Virus record (IMG/VR): IMGVR_UViG_3300032007_000001
From: a virus
Taxonomy: Duplodnaviria; Caudoviricetes
DNA: 64,000 nt
Reading direction: 5' to 3' (one strand)
Below the pieces are notes generated by a model, which saw nothing but the letters and a program-made list of their open reading frames with translations, searched no databases and was not told the DNA's origin. Below are positions 1 to 10,272 of this stretch, in pieces; the first letter of the stretch is position 1; the number at the start of each line of letters is the position of its first letter. Both the position numbers and the translations under genes were made by a program.

Positions 1-284
1 ACAAATAGATTGGACTATGGGTAGTGGGAGATAAAAAATAAAGAAGGTTTTTACATGGAAAATTTATTTGATACATTAGTCGGATTTATAGTCGGCGCGA
101 TGATGGCATTTACATATAGAGACAGAATAGAATTTTTTATGAAAATGATGATAAATAAAAGAGAGGATTAATTCCTCTCTTTTTGTTTGATTATATAAAT
201 TATTTTTTTGTTTTTAAGTGAGAATCTTGTGATATTTTGTTAAAAATAGGAGAAGTAGTTTTAAGGTTTCGCAATTAAAGGAGA

Positions 285-887
285 GTGTTTAACATGGATG
301 TTAAAGCAATTTCTAGTATCAATCTTTATGCAAATTATGAACAAAAGTACACAAAACAATCGAAACAAGAAGAGAAAAAAGACGAAGCGTTTGAAGTAGA
401 AATATCTGAAGAAGCCAAAGAAATACAAAAAGGATTGTCTACTGATGAAGTAAATGCTTTACAGGATAGTATAGCAAAAAGCCAAGAAGTAATGATTCAA
501 GTATTGACTGAACAAAATGCAAAAATTCAAGGTTGGCTGGATGAAGGAATTACAAAATTTAATTTTGAAGGTCTTCAAATAGACGTATCTAGATTTGATT
601 TTCCAGAGATAGCCACAACACCAGAAGAAGCGCAAAAAGCAATTTCAGAAGGTGGAGAATGGTCTGTTAATGCTGTAAGTGATAGGATTTTTGGATTAGC
701 AGAAGCATTAGCTGGTGGAGATAAAAACAAATTGGAAGAAATGAGAGCAGCTGTTGAAGAAGGATTTAAGCAAGCTGGAATTTCATGGAAAAATATTACA
801 GACCAAAATGATATGCCACAAATAACAAAAGATACTCATGATGAAATAATGAAACGATTTGATAATGCTTTGCAAGGGGATGACTAG
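285..887 (+). CDS. Conserved host-like hypothetical protein (TPEEA...SDRIF..AEALAGGD...VEEGFKQA family)
   Basis: ORF with RBS AAGGAGAG. The C-terminal motif resembles a hypothetical family I recall from motile Firmicutes. Confidence 0.6.
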   Translation: MFNMDVKAISSINLYANYEQKYTKQSKQEEKKDEAFEVEISEEAKEIQKGLSTDEVNALQDSIAKSQEVMIQVLTEQNAKIQGWLDEGITKFNFEGLQIDVSRFDFPEIATTPEEAQKAISEGGEWSVNAVSDRIFGLAEALAGGDKNKLEEMRAAVEEGFKQAGISWKNITDQNDMPQITKDTHDEIMKRFDNALQGDD

Positions 888-888
888 A

Positions 889-1626
889 ATGTACAACGTT
901 TCTTCGTTATCAAAAACTTTAATTTCAATGAATAGTCTTCCTTTCAAAAATTCTGTCATAAAAAACAATATTCCATCGGATTCATTTTTTGAAGTTAATA
1001 CTAACTTTAAGAATATTGAAAGCGATTATAATAAAGCAAAAGAAACATTCAATAAAGAATTAAATTCCAATATTGATAGTCTTAAAAAATCTTCAAAAGA
1101 CTTAAAGAAAACAGATTTCAATTTTTCAAAAGATGATTTAACTGAAGAGAAAAAAGATGGAAAAACAGTTACTAAAAAAAGTGATAAATTAAAAGATACG
1201 CTTAAGAAAATTGGAAATTTTTTAAGCGATAGAAATGACATTAATGATTTTTTGAAAGAAAATAAAGAAATATCAAAAAGAGTTTCAAATCTACATAATT
1301 CTTTTTCCGATACTATATATAAATCAAAACAATTGTCAGAAATCGGAATTCATGTTGATAGAGATGGCAATATGAAAGTCGATGAAGATAAATTGGCTGA
1401 TAGTTTAGTAAAGGATTCAAAAAAGACAGAAGATATTATCAAAAATCTTGTGGATAAGACAATTGATAAAACTACGTCTTTGGAATCACAAAAGGAAAAG
1501 TTATTCCCAAATATATCGGCAATGATGGGAAAGGATTATGATAGAGCTAAAACATACACAGGACAATCTTTACTCAATATCGCTTCATACTCTTATCTCG
1601 GAAATATGTTTGAAATGTATGCTTAA
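889..1626 (+). CDS. FliD (flagellar cap) C-terminal-like protein
   Basis: LSEIGIHVDRDGNMKVDEDKLADSL matches the FliD_C L..IGI....DG.L.VD..KL motif. Start moved to ATG 889 behind AAGGGG. Confidence 0.55.
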   Translation: MYNVSSLSKTLISMNSLPFKNSVIKNNIPSDSFFEVNTNFKNIESDYNKAKETFNKELNSNIDSLKKSSKDLKKTDFNFSKDDLTEEKKDGKTVTKKSDKLKDTLKKIGNFLSDRNDINDFLKENKEISKRVSNLHNSFSDTIYKSKQLSEIGIHVDRDGNMKVDEDKLADSLVKDSKKTEDIIKNLVDKTIDKTTSLESQKEKLFPNISAMMGKDYDRAKTYTGQSLLNIASYSYLGNMFEMYA

Positions 1627-1627
1627 A

Positions 1628-1655
1628 AAAGAGAGGATTCAATCCTCTCTTTTAT
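1628..1655. terminator. Bidirectional intrinsic terminator
   Basis: AAAAGAGAGGATT-C-AATCCTCTCTTTT hairpin between convergent genes. Near-identical copy at ~159-183. Confidence 0.8.
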
Positions 1656-2740
1656 ATTTTTAATTCCAATTTATATGGCTTAAAATTTTCTTTTTCAACG
1701 GTCATTGTATAAATGCCTTCATCTAAATTTAATGTAAATGTTCCGTCAATTCCAGTATACGTTTCACCAATCATTTGATTGTCTTTATATACTACTAAAT
1801 GAGCATTTGCTATTCCATTCCCATGAGCATCTTGTACTACATCACTAATAGATTTATTTCCGACAGTGGTATTAATACCAGAGAGTACAGTAGAAGATGA
1901 TGAAGAAAACTCTTCAATGGTCTTTTCTCCATTGTTAGAAATATTCATCTTGAACTTCTTTTGTGTTCCTGATGGTAATTCTATTTTAACGATATAAGCT
2001 CCTTCATCTAAAAATGCTTTCCATTTACCTTTTTCTCCAGTTTTTACAGAAAGCAATAAATTATCTGGCTCATCTAATTTATAAAAATCTATTTTTACAT
2101 TTTCCAATCCTAACCCAGTTTTATCTGTAAAAGTATCTTCTATTTGGAAAAATCCTACGCCAAGTTTTTTATCGTTTTTATGTTCCAACGAAATAGTATT
2201 AAATTGTACTTCGCTATTTTCGTCTCCAATTTGGACTCTTACATTTTTAGTTTCGTAATTGTCTAATGAAAAAACAAATTCAAATTCTCCAGGATATGCA
2301 TATGCTTCCCATCCACCAGAATAATCTGTTTGCGTTGTATAAACAATATTATTGTCTATAAGATTAACAATTTTTATATTAACGTGTTCAAGTAATTTAT
2401 TACTTGTCATATCATCAACGATACCATATATTTTTATAGCATCGTTTGCGATTTCGTTTTTATTTGTTAATGTAATCGTTACTATATTATTTATTTTTTC
2501 ATTATTATATGTTCCTTCATATACAACTACATAATCTCCAGTTGATTCACATATGTTAGAGTCAAATTGATAGATATATCCATCATCCATTGGAGACATT
2601 TCTTTCCATGGCATATCTTCATATACTTTTCCATCTTTTTCGTGTAATACTCTAACTCTTGGCCCATCAACTAAAACAACGTTATCTTCTGACTTAAATT
2701 CTATATATAAAGGTATTTGGTCGCCTTTGAAGTGTTTCAA
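1652..2740 (-). CDS. Repeated beta-sandwich (carboxypeptidase-regulatory/prealbumin-like) protein, probably virion-associated
   Basis: Three repeats of ..T...G.W/F...L.(P/E)G.Y. Confidence 0.55.
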   Translation of the reverse strand: MKHFKGDQIPLYIEFKSEDNVVLVDGPRVRVLHEKDGKVYEDMPWKEMSPMDDGYIYQFDSNICESTGDYVVVYEGTYNNEKINNIVTITLTNKNEIANDAIKIYGIVDDMTSNKLLEHVNIKIVNLIDNNIVYTTQTDYSGGWEAYAYPGEFEFVFSLDNYETKNVRVQIGDENSEVQFNTISLEHKNDKKLGVGFFQIEDTFTDKTGLGLENVKIDFYKLDEPDNLLLSVKTGEKGKWKAFLDEGAYIVKIELPSGTQKKFKMNISNNGEKTIEEFSSSSSTVLSGINTTVGNKSISDVVQDAHGNGIANAHLVVYKDNQMIGETYTGIDGTFTLNLDEGIYTMTVEKENFKPYKLELKI

Positions 2741-2799
2741 GGTCTATCTCTCCTTAAAATTAAAAAAGTGGAAGCATTATGCTTCCACTTTTAATTATC

Positions 2800-4191
2800 T
2801 TAGAACTTGAATTGCAGACCTTCAGCACCGAGTCTGGAAGCTACACGACGCTGAATACGACGAGTAGCAACTTTGCTACCAGATTCGAATTCCTTAGAAG
2901 CAATTACATCAATTGCTTTCTTGCACTGTTCGATTGTATCTTCGGTTTCGTCAACAACAGCTTCTGCAATCTTTCTAATAGCTTCATCACATTCTGCTTT
3001 TGTAATATCACTTGAAGCTGTCTTGCGAATAGCTTCACGGCTTACTTTCTTATCAAATGTGCATTCAATACCTTCCTTGCAGAGGATATTGGAAAGACGA
3101 GTAAGTGAAGCAGAAACGTACTTAGCTGGGAATTCAGCCTTTACTAATTCTTCCGCATCCGAGAGGATTTTTTCCATCTGATTGTCAAGCTTTTCAGCTA
3201 CACGAGCTGAAATCTTTGCAATCTTTTCAGAATTAGCTGTATGAACAGCAGCTGCTTTCTTTATCTGTTCTTCTTTTTCTTTCTTTTTGCCAAGGATAGA
3301 AGCAATAATTGGATTTTCTCTCTTCATTGGCTTCTTTTCAACTTCGGCAGTTTTTTCTTTAACCTTTTCTACCTTTTCAGCAATCTTTTCTTCTTTTTCA
3401 GCAACCTTTTCAGAACACTGGTCGCCGCATTCTTTTTCAGCTTCCATATCATGTTCTGCTGGAACTTCTTCAGTTTCAGCCGTAACTTCTTCTACTGGAG
3501 TTTCTTCAACTTCGGCAGTAACTTCTTCAGCGGCTGCTTCTTTAACTTCTTCTTCTTTTTCCTCTTCAACAGGAGCCTCTTCAGCAGGAACTTCCTCTAC
3601 AGGTGCTTCTTCAGTAACTTCTTCAACTGGAGCTTCTTCTTCAGCTGGTACTTCTTCGGCAGGAGCTTCCTCAACTGGAGCTTCTTCAACGATTTCATTG
3701 AAGACACCAAGTTCTTCTGCTTTATAAGGATTTGTAGCGCGACCAGCTGGTGTTGTGCGGTCTACTGCATTTTCCTGTGCAATCTTTTCTTCTGTTTCTG
3801 TTGCGGTTTGCTGCATTTCGGGAACTTCATATGAATCACGAACTTCGTAATCATAAACGTTACCAGGGTCAACACAAGCCTTTTCAGCTGGGTCAGTTAC
3901 CTTCTTATCTGAAATCTCAGCAATCTTTTGAAGGACAATACCCTCACCCTTCTTATCTTTGTAAGAAGCATTTACAACCTTCCAACCAAAACCTTTATAG
4001 GCAACAGTGTTGCCATTCTGAGCCTTTGGAACGAGGTCTTTGCGAATAATAACTCTCTTTGCGAGCTTAACTTTTTCGCTAGCGGTTTTTTCTTCGACTT
4101 TCTTAGCAGAAGCTGTCTTCTGAAGTTTTTGTTCCTGTTTCTTCTTCAGGTCTTCTGCAACTTTGTCGAGCCACGAAATCTTACGATTCAT
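2800..4191 (-). CDS. Acidic/charged scaffold- or prohead-core-like protein with EEAPVEE repeats
   Basis: Glu/Ala/Lys-rich, tandem EE(A/V)P(V/A)EE repeats, many K-x-A-(S/E) motifs, codon bias like the capsid gene. Confidence 0.5.
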   Translation of the reverse strand: MNRKISWLDKVAEDLKKKQEQKLQKTASAKKVEEKTASEKVKLAKRVIIRKDLVPKAQNGNTVAYKGFGWKVVNASYKDKKGEGIVLQKIAEISDKKVTDPAEKACVDPGNVYDYEVRDSYEVPEMQQTATETEEKIAQENAVDRTTPAGRATNPYKAEELGVFNEIVEEAPVEEAPAEEVPAEEEAPVEEVTEEAPVEEVPAEEAPVEEEKEEEVKEAAAEEVTAEVEETPVEEVTAETEEVPAEHDMEAEKECGDQCSEKVAEKEEKIAEKVEKVKEKTAEVEKKPMKRENPIIASILGKKKEKEEQIKKAAAVHTANSEKIAKISARVAEKLDNQMEKILSDAEELVKAEFPAKYVSASLTRLSNILCKEGIECTFDKKVSREAIRKTASSDITKAECDEAIRKIAEAVVDETEDTIEQCKKAIDVIASKEFESGSKVATRRIQRRVASRLGAEGLQFKF

Positions 4192-4754
4192 TTATGTTCA
4201 ACTCCATTGTTATCTTTTTTAGAACCTTTTTTGTTCTTTTTGGGTTTCTCTTCTTTTTGTTCTTCCTTAGCTGTTTCTTTTTCAGCTTTTGGCAGAACAT
4301 CTTGTACGACGTTTCCGTTATTGTCAACACGTACGGATTTTTTATCTTCTTCTGAAATAACATTCTTTTCAGAAGAAGCACCATCTGCAACTACAATATC
4401 GTCGTCTTTCTTAACTTCATCTTTTGTTTTTTTGATAACATCTTCTGTACGAATAATATCATCTGTTTTGGGATGTTCTTTGTTTTCAATGATAACGCGG
4501 TCTTTCCCACCAACATCTTCAATTTTCGTTTTTACAGCTTCTTTTTCTTGAGGCTTTTCAACAGAAGCCTGTTTCTTTGGAAGTTTAACATCTACATGTT
4601 CAGCTTCCAAAAATTGTCCAAGATACTTCTTGATATCTTCTGATTTTTCAAAATCTTCATCAGAAATCATTCGTTCGGGACGATTATGTGCAAAAACTAA
4701 AGATAAGTCATTAACAATGACATTATAATTACCTGTCACTTTAATCTTATACAT
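4188..4754 (-). CDS. Hypothetical protein with charged low-complexity C-terminus
   Basis: ORF with RBS, overlaps the start of the scaffold-like gene. Confidence 0.7.
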   Translation of the reverse strand: MYKIKVTGNYNVIVNDLSLVFAHNRPERMISDEDFEKSEDIKKYLGQFLEAEHVDVKLPKKQASVEKPQEKEAVKTKIEDVGGKDRVIIENKEHPKTDDIIRTEDVIKKTKDEVKKDDDIVVADGASSEKNVISEEDKKSVRVDNNGNVVQDVLPKAEKETAKEEQKEEKPKKNKKGSKKDNNGVEHK

Positions 4755-4874
4755 TAATTTTCCCCTTCAATCTATAAAATAATATTAGGAACACTTTTTA
4801 ACTCTATCAAGTTTATATTTCAAAATGATGATAGAACCTTTCATTAAAAAAAATAAGTTAAGTGTGCTTTTTTA

Positions 4875-5255
4875 TTATAACTTTTCAACAGTTTTGAATA
4901 TTTTTATATTCAAGATATCATTTTGAACGTTGTCAAGATGTTCATCCACAGCACTTAAAGAACTTTTAATGTCGTCTATATCGTTTTGAATTCCGCTAAT
5001 CAAAATAGCAGAATCTTTCACATAAGCTTGATTTTTTTGTAAATCACTTTGAAGTTGTAAAAATTTGTTATTTATATTTGACTGATTTTTTATTATTTCT
5101 CGTAATGTATTAACAACACCCTCTAGAATCAAATCGTTTTTTTTAGATAATGATTCTAATTTAGAATTTATTTCTTTTGATAAAGATTCTAATTTAGAGT
5201 TTATTTCTTTAATGAAATTTTTTGTATTGTTATCATCAAAATTTTCCAATCCCAT
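4875..5255 (-). CDS. Coiled-coil hypothetical protein
   Basis: Heptad pattern; internal tandem duplication KEINSKLESLS x2. Confidence 0.65.
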   Translation of the reverse strand: MGLENFDDNNTKNFIKEINSKLESLSKEINSKLESLSKKNDLILEGVVNTLREIIKNQSNINNKFLQLQSDLQKNQAYVKDSAILISGIQNDIDDIKSSLSAVDEHLDNVQNDILNIKIFKTVEKL

Positions 5256-5446
5256 TACATTCTTTCAGTCGCAGAATAACTAACTACAACTTCTCCCTTG
5301 CTGTTGATTTTGGCCGAAGCTTTCTTACTCGCACCGTCATCGACAGAAATCTTCTGGAGATTATTGCCAACAAGGAAATTAATAAGTTCACCCTTGGCAA
5401 ACTTCTCCCATTCTACATTTGACATTACAGTTGAATTATCAGACAT
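5255..5446 (-). CDS. Small hypothetical protein
   Basis: RBS AAGGAG, translationally coupled to the next gene. Confidence 0.65.
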   Translation of the reverse strand: MSDNSTVMSNVEWEKFAKGELINFLVGNNLQKISVDDGASKKASAKINSKGEVVVSYSATERM

Positions 5447-5480
5447 AAATTTGTCTCCTTTCTCTTTTTGTTTATTTTAT

Positions 5481-7976
5481 TCATTGTAAACTAACTTCCA
5501 TTTCTTGTAAGAAAGAATTTCTGTTTTTGATATTTAATGGATATTGTGTATTATAAGAACATGTAAAAGAATTAATATCTTTATCAAAATTTGCATTTAT
5601 AGGAATAACTTTTTCCATTGGAAAACTATTTGTACTTGATTCATGAACAAACAGATTTTCATAATCACTCAATGAATAGAAATACATTGTTCTATCAACA
5701 AACTCATTTTGTTTTGCAATGCTTAATATGTTTGAGAATTTTTCAAGTTGTTCATCATTTAATTGATATAAATATTGACAAATGATTTTCGAATCAAAAA
5801 TATATTGATGCAATCTTTGAGCAGTTGATGTTCTTATTTCATTACAAATAATTTGATTATCTTTCATAACAAAAACAAAATGAACATCTGACGACAATTC
5901 TACAACTCTCATTCTCGCGACATCGTTATATCCAAATGAATTTTCCAAAAGGAAATCATTTGGAGTAAATCTATAAATCAATCCGGTTTGTTTATACAAT
6001 TCGCAAGATGTATATTTACCATAATCATTTTTATTTGATGTTTTCAATGAATTGCTTAACTTAATGAAATAATTTTCATTTAATTGTTCCATTATGTTCA
6101 TTGGTTTTTGATTATATGCTTCGTTTTCTGTTTGTTTATCACCAATTTTATAATTCATATCTATTTTTTCAATAGAATATGCATCCTTTGTCATATTAAC
6201 CGTACAATTTATTGACAATATACAATCTGTTTCCTCATCATTTATTACAGTTGTAGTCGATATTGCAACTTTGAACTGATACATGAAAAATCCTTGCACA
6301 AAATTATCAAAATTCATACTTTCGAATAGCTGTTCTTGAATTAGATAATTTCTGTTAAATGAAATTACAGTTCCATCTTCCAATTCATACGTTTCATTTA
6401 GTTTATTTAGCAGTTTCGTTCTTAAATAATTGAATATTTCCGAAACATGAGAATTGCATGATTCTATTGTCAAATTATTATCTTTTACAGTTATGATTTC
6501 TAGATTTTTTGTTAAATCATAATTAATGAAATTAAATTCCAATTGGCTCAACGAATCAAATCTGAAAAATACGTTGTTTTTTATATTTGTTAATGTTGGT
6601 TCATAAATATCCAATTTGAAAGTAAAAGTATCATAATTGATTCCATCAAAAACTATGACGTTAATTCCTTGACTTGTATATGTTATGAAATAAAAATTAT
6701 ATTGATTGTACGTTACGAAATCGCAAGACTTAAATAATGAATCTATCATACTTAAATCAATTGGGACTATAACATTACTATTTGTTTGTTTGAAATATCT
6801 TAAATCATTTTTATATATTAAAAATCCAGGATATCTAACATTTGATATTGTTTTGTCTTCAAAATCTTCCGTTGCATCCATAAACATGTTCTTAAATCTA
6901 ACAACATTATTATACGTTTTTTCTGTTGACAATGCTAAATCACTATCATTCTCAGGAACTATATTGAATGTTATATATATGTCATTACCACAAACCAACG
7001 ACAAATTAAAATTAGCTACGTCTTGTTTTGTTTCGCCTGTAATAGCATCAACAAGTTTTGTTATAATTCCAACACCAGAAATTTCAAATTTGTTAGGATA
7101 TGCATTTGTTTGCGCAGAAACAAAATTATTTGGAAGAACCAATTTATATTTTTCGGCATAAAATTTATAATTTTTTTCTTTCAATTCAATGCTTAAATAT
7201 TTATTGTTAGACGTATCAAAAATAAGTTCGAATACATCATTGTGATATTGTGTTAAATTCGCTATGATATGTCCAACAATTCCGCCACGGATATTATAAT
7301 TTTTTGTTCTAGTATCTCCAATATAGGCAATTGAATTAATAGAAAAAGAATTTGTATAGATTGGAACTTCTATCGTTTCTTCTTTTTTCAATCCATTGCT
7401 TGTTAAAATAGATACTTTATATAATACATTACTTTCTTTATTCAAAGATATGTCAAATGGCATATCTTTATATATATATCCATAAATCGATTGAGACATT
7501 TCACCAAGATATTCCCAATCTTTATTTACAAATTTTCTATATAATTTCACAGAATGAATATTATATTCCGTTTCAACTTTTAATAAAACATTTAAGTAAT
7601 TGAAATTTTCATGTAATCCTTGCGTTGAAAAATGAACGATTTTAATATCGTTTTTTATGTAATTATTTTGAATTTTTAAGTAAAAACCATTCTTAAATAC
7701 GCTACCATCATTTATAGTAACTTTTACACCATAATGATAGTTACCTTTATTTATAATCTCAAGGTCTCTTACAAAGTATGTATTTGCATCTGTATTATTA
7801 ACAATTACATTTTCGTATGGTTCACCATTTTTGAATATTTCAATGTTTCTTATTGAATCGGTCGTATTAATGTATACCTTAAAAGAAAAATCATAAATGT
7901 ATTCTCTTTTTGAAAAGACATTTCCAATGTTTTCATAATCATTCGATAAAATGAATGTTATATCTTTGTTATTCAA
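5481..7976 (-). CDS. Large hypothetical protein, possible N-terminal beta-sandwich domains
   Basis: 831-aa uninterrupted ORF. Confidence 0.7.
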   Translation of the reverse strand: MNNKDITFILSNDYENIGNVFSKREYIYDFSFKVYINTTDSIRNIEIFKNGEPYENVIVNNTDANTYFVRDLEIINKGNYHYGVKVTINDGSVFKNGFYLKIQNNYIKNDIKIVHFSTQGLHENFNYLNVLLKVETEYNIHSVKLYRKFVNKDWEYLGEMSQSIYGYIYKDMPFDISLNKESNVLYKVSILTSNGLKKEETIEVPIYTNSFSINSIAYIGDTRTKNYNIRGGIVGHIIANLTQYHNDVFELIFDTSNNKYLSIELKEKNYKFYAEKYKLVLPNNFVSAQTNAYPNKFEISGVGIITKLVDAITGETKQDVANFNLSLVCGNDIYITFNIVPENDSDLALSTEKTYNNVVRFKNMFMDATEDFEDKTISNVRYPGFLIYKNDLRYFKQTNSNVIVPIDLSMIDSLFKSCDFVTYNQYNFYFITYTSQGINVIVFDGINYDTFTFKLDIYEPTLTNIKNNVFFRFDSLSQLEFNFINYDLTKNLEIITVKDNNLTIESCNSHVSEIFNYLRTKLLNKLNETYELEDGTVISFNRNYLIQEQLFESMNFDNFVQGFFMYQFKVAISTTTVINDEETDCILSINCTVNMTKDAYSIEKIDMNYKIGDKQTENEAYNQKPMNIMEQLNENYFIKLSNSLKTSNKNDYGKYTSCELYKQTGLIYRFTPNDFLLENSFGYNDVARMRVVELSSDVHFVFVMKDNQIICNEIRTSTAQRLHQYIFDSKIICQYLYQLNDEQLEKFSNILSIAKQNEFVDRTMYFYSLSDYENLFVHESSTNSFPMEKVIPINANFDKDINSFTCSYNTQYPLNIKNRNSFLQEMEVSLQ

Positions 7977-7981
7977 TCATA

Positions 7982-8284
7982 TCACCTTGCCAAAAAGAGT
8001 TTATTTTCTTTTAATCCTCTTGGAATTATATTACGCAATTCTTCTACCAATTTATTTGCTTTTTCATAAGTTTGAAAATGCATTATATTATTCTTTGATT
8101 TTTCATCACTTTCAAATTCATAAATAAGCCAATCTTTATAGTCTTTTTCTAAAAAATTTAGGATATTGGAAATTGCTTTATTTGTAACATATTCCGTTTC
8201 TATTCCATCTATTATTCTATAAAGAACAACGTAATATCCAAAACAATCTTTTTTTATTTTAGCATCTAATGTCATATCTTTCAC
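7982..8284 (-). CDS. Hypothetical protein
   Basis: ORF in a minus-strand run. Confidence 0.6.
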   Translation of the reverse strand: MKDMTLDAKIKKDCFGYYVVLYRIIDGIETEYVTNKAISNILNFLEKDYKDWLIYEFESDEKSKNNIMHFQTYEKANKLVEELRNIIPRGLKENKLFLAR

Positions 8285-8319
8285 CTAATTAAAAAATAGG
8301 TAGTGTAGGCACTACCTAT

Positions 8320-8568
8320 TTATACCATTTGCGCCAACATCCAAGCGTAAACAAACTTATCCGTCAATAAATTGGGTTGTTTTGCCACTAATGACCAATT
8401 GCTTCCTATTTTTCTGTTTTTATAGCATGTGAAAGTTGGACCGGTGTACATAACGCTAATGCGAATGTCACCCTTATTAAAATATAGTCCAAGGTCATCA
8501 CTTGAAAAAACCCAACCTAATTTTTTGAAATGATTTATAATTTCATGACCAAATTTCAATTTTGCCAT
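8320..8568 (-). CDS. Hypothetical protein
   Basis: ORF with RBS AAGGA. Confidence 0.6.
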   Translation of the reverse strand: MAKLKFGHEIINHFKKLGWVFSSDDLGLYFNKGDIRISVMYTGPTFTCYKNRKIGSNWSLVAKQPNLLTDKFVYAWMLAQMV

Positions 8569-8571
8569 AAT

Positions 8572-9102
8572 TTATTCCTTTCCTTTGTAAACGTCTAATA
8601 AATCCTTGTTGTTGGTGAACATTTTTGAAAAATTCATCATTAATTTTTTAGGGAAAATTTTATCGCTATGTTTTCTTAATTCTGCTAATGACTTGTCATG
8701 CGTCAATCCTTTTATTCTATTCGTATCATATATGTCACAAATACGAACTATCATTGGAAACAAATGCATATTTTCATCTGTCATTTTTAATGGGCCAGAA
8801 CCATCTATATTTTCAGAACATTGCATAATGAAATCTGCTATTTTATGATATTCTTCGTGAGAACGTACAATAGCTGCAGAAACAAGAGAACATTCTTCTA
8901 TATTCGTTTTATATTTTCCAATATCATGAAATAATGCTACAAAATATAGCCTATTCATTAAATTATTTGAAACTTCCAAATGTTTTCCCAATGCCATAGA
9001 AAGCATTGCTACTCTTTCGCAATGGTCAATTAATTGTGGTTCTTCTTTGGTTATTTCATCTAATAAGTTTTTCATTGGTTGTATATTCAAAAGAATCACC
9101 AT
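8572..9102 (-). CDS. HD-domain (degenerate HD-GYP-like) protein
   Basis: DHCERVA, LFHDIGK, ENIDGSGP, ICDIYD motifs; the HHE motif is lost (QCSE) and GYP is reduced to GP. Confidence 0.7.
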   Translation of the reverse strand: MVILLNIQPMKNLLDEITKEEPQLIDHCERVAMLSMALGKHLEVSNNLMNRLYFVALFHDIGKYKTNIEECSLVSAAIVRSHEEYHKIADFIMQCSENIDGSGPLKMTDENMHLFPMIVRICDIYDTNRIKGLTHDKSLAELRKHSDKIFPKKLMMNFSKMFTNNKDLLDVYKGKE

Positions 9103-9205
9103 ATTATATAAATTTGATTTCTAATATAAAATATGAAAACATTACACATTAAAAACAGTTTTCTAAAAATTTTTTACAATAACTTAGAAAATCGAGGAGA
9201 AAAAT

Positions 9206-9889
9206 ATGCCAAAGATAATTTTAGACAAGGACTATGACGGTTATGCAAAAGATTTAGCTGATATACAAAGACTCACTGATATATGCAGAAAAAAATTAGA
9301 AGAATATCAAAAGTCCATAAAAATCAATATCAATCGGTTGACAATATATGTAAGAAATCAATTCAAAAGTGATTATTTAATAGAAAAACATGTAATGTTA
9401 TTCAGAAGAGACGATAAAATAGAAATAAGAACAGCCGAAGAAGTCGAATTGGCAAAGAAAAAATATGATGAATATAAAGATGCAGAAGACGATTCATGGC
9501 TTTTAAAAGAATTAGAAATGGTAAATAGTGAATTCGATATCATACCATTAGTTATGATGAACGATGGAGATGATTTTGAAGAATTTTATAATACATATGA
9601 TAAAATAAAGCAATATCTTCCTGAAACAAAAGACGTTTATGAAGTAACTAAAGACCAAAAAGAAAAATTAAAAGAATTGATAAAATCTTGTGATAGTCCG
9701 CAATATCATTTTTTAATAGAAAAAATGGAAGCATTACAAGAATCTTATATGGATATTGTTGATGAAGTTTTAGATAATCTAAATGAGAGTGAGTACGATT
9801 TTGATATATCAACAGATGAATTGAGCACAGTTAGAAACGAAAAGGATTTAACTTGGAGACTTGTCATAGAAAAGAACAAAGAAAAATGA
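9206..9889 (+). CDS. Hypothetical acidic protein
   Basis: ORF with RBS GAGGAG. Confidence 0.7.
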   Translation: MPKIILDKDYDGYAKDLADIQRLTDICRKKLEEYQKSIKININRLTIYVRNQFKSDYLIEKHVMLFRRDDKIEIRTAEEVELAKKKYDEYKDAEDDSWLLKELEMVNSEFDIIPLVMMNDGDDFEEFYNTYDKIKQYLPETKDVYEVTKDQKEKLKELIKSCDSPQYHFLIEKMEALQESYMDIVDEVLDNLNESEYDFDISTDELSTVRNEKDLTWRLVIEKNKEK

Positions 9890-9906
9890 GCTGTAAACAA
9901 AACAGC

Positions 9907-10272
9907 TCATTTTTTATATGTTTTTATTAAATTTTCAGTTTCTTGTCTAGAAAGTAATCTTAAATATTTTTGATTTATATTTTTCATTACTACGAGTTGC
10001 CATCTTTTTTCTAATGGTTCTTCAGATGTTCCAAATGGCCAACCAGCATCTTCCCAACTTAATTCAGATAAATCAACAGCAAATGTTGAAAAATCTTTTT
10101 CTAAAGTAAACGGTAAAGTGCTTACATATATCCTATCTTCAGATGATGTTTGAAATGTTGGTATACTGAATATTTTTAATCCTTCTTTTGAAATTTTATC
10201 TACCAACCCATTAAGTGTAGAATGGTACCAAATGTAAGACTTTGTCTTGTGATTCCAAATTCCTTTTTTCAA
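9907..10272 (-). CDS. Putative ADP-ribosyltransferase-fold (Tpt1/KptA-like) protein
   Basis: WYHST.....I.KEGL and IYVS motifs; TTG start with RBS AAGAAGGA. Confidence 0.45.
   Translation of the reverse strand: MKKGIWNHKTKSYIWYHSTLNGLVDKISKEGLKIFSIPTFQTSSEDRIYVSTLPFTLEKDFSTFAVDLSELSWEDAGWPFGTSEEPLEKRWQLVVMKNINQKYLRLLSRQETENLIKTYKK

Noticed and set aside
3440-3700. CRISPR-like or non-coding repeat array
   Set aside because: The repeats are in-frame EEAPVEE coding repeats of the scaffold-like gene; no repeat-spacer structure was found anywhere in the window.
2779-4551. Numerous plus-strand overlapping ORFs (e.g. 3241..3834, 3287..3727, 3928..4551) and similar antisense ORFs elsewhere
   Set aside because: Shadow frames antisense to well-supported genes, with no RBS or recognisable motifs.
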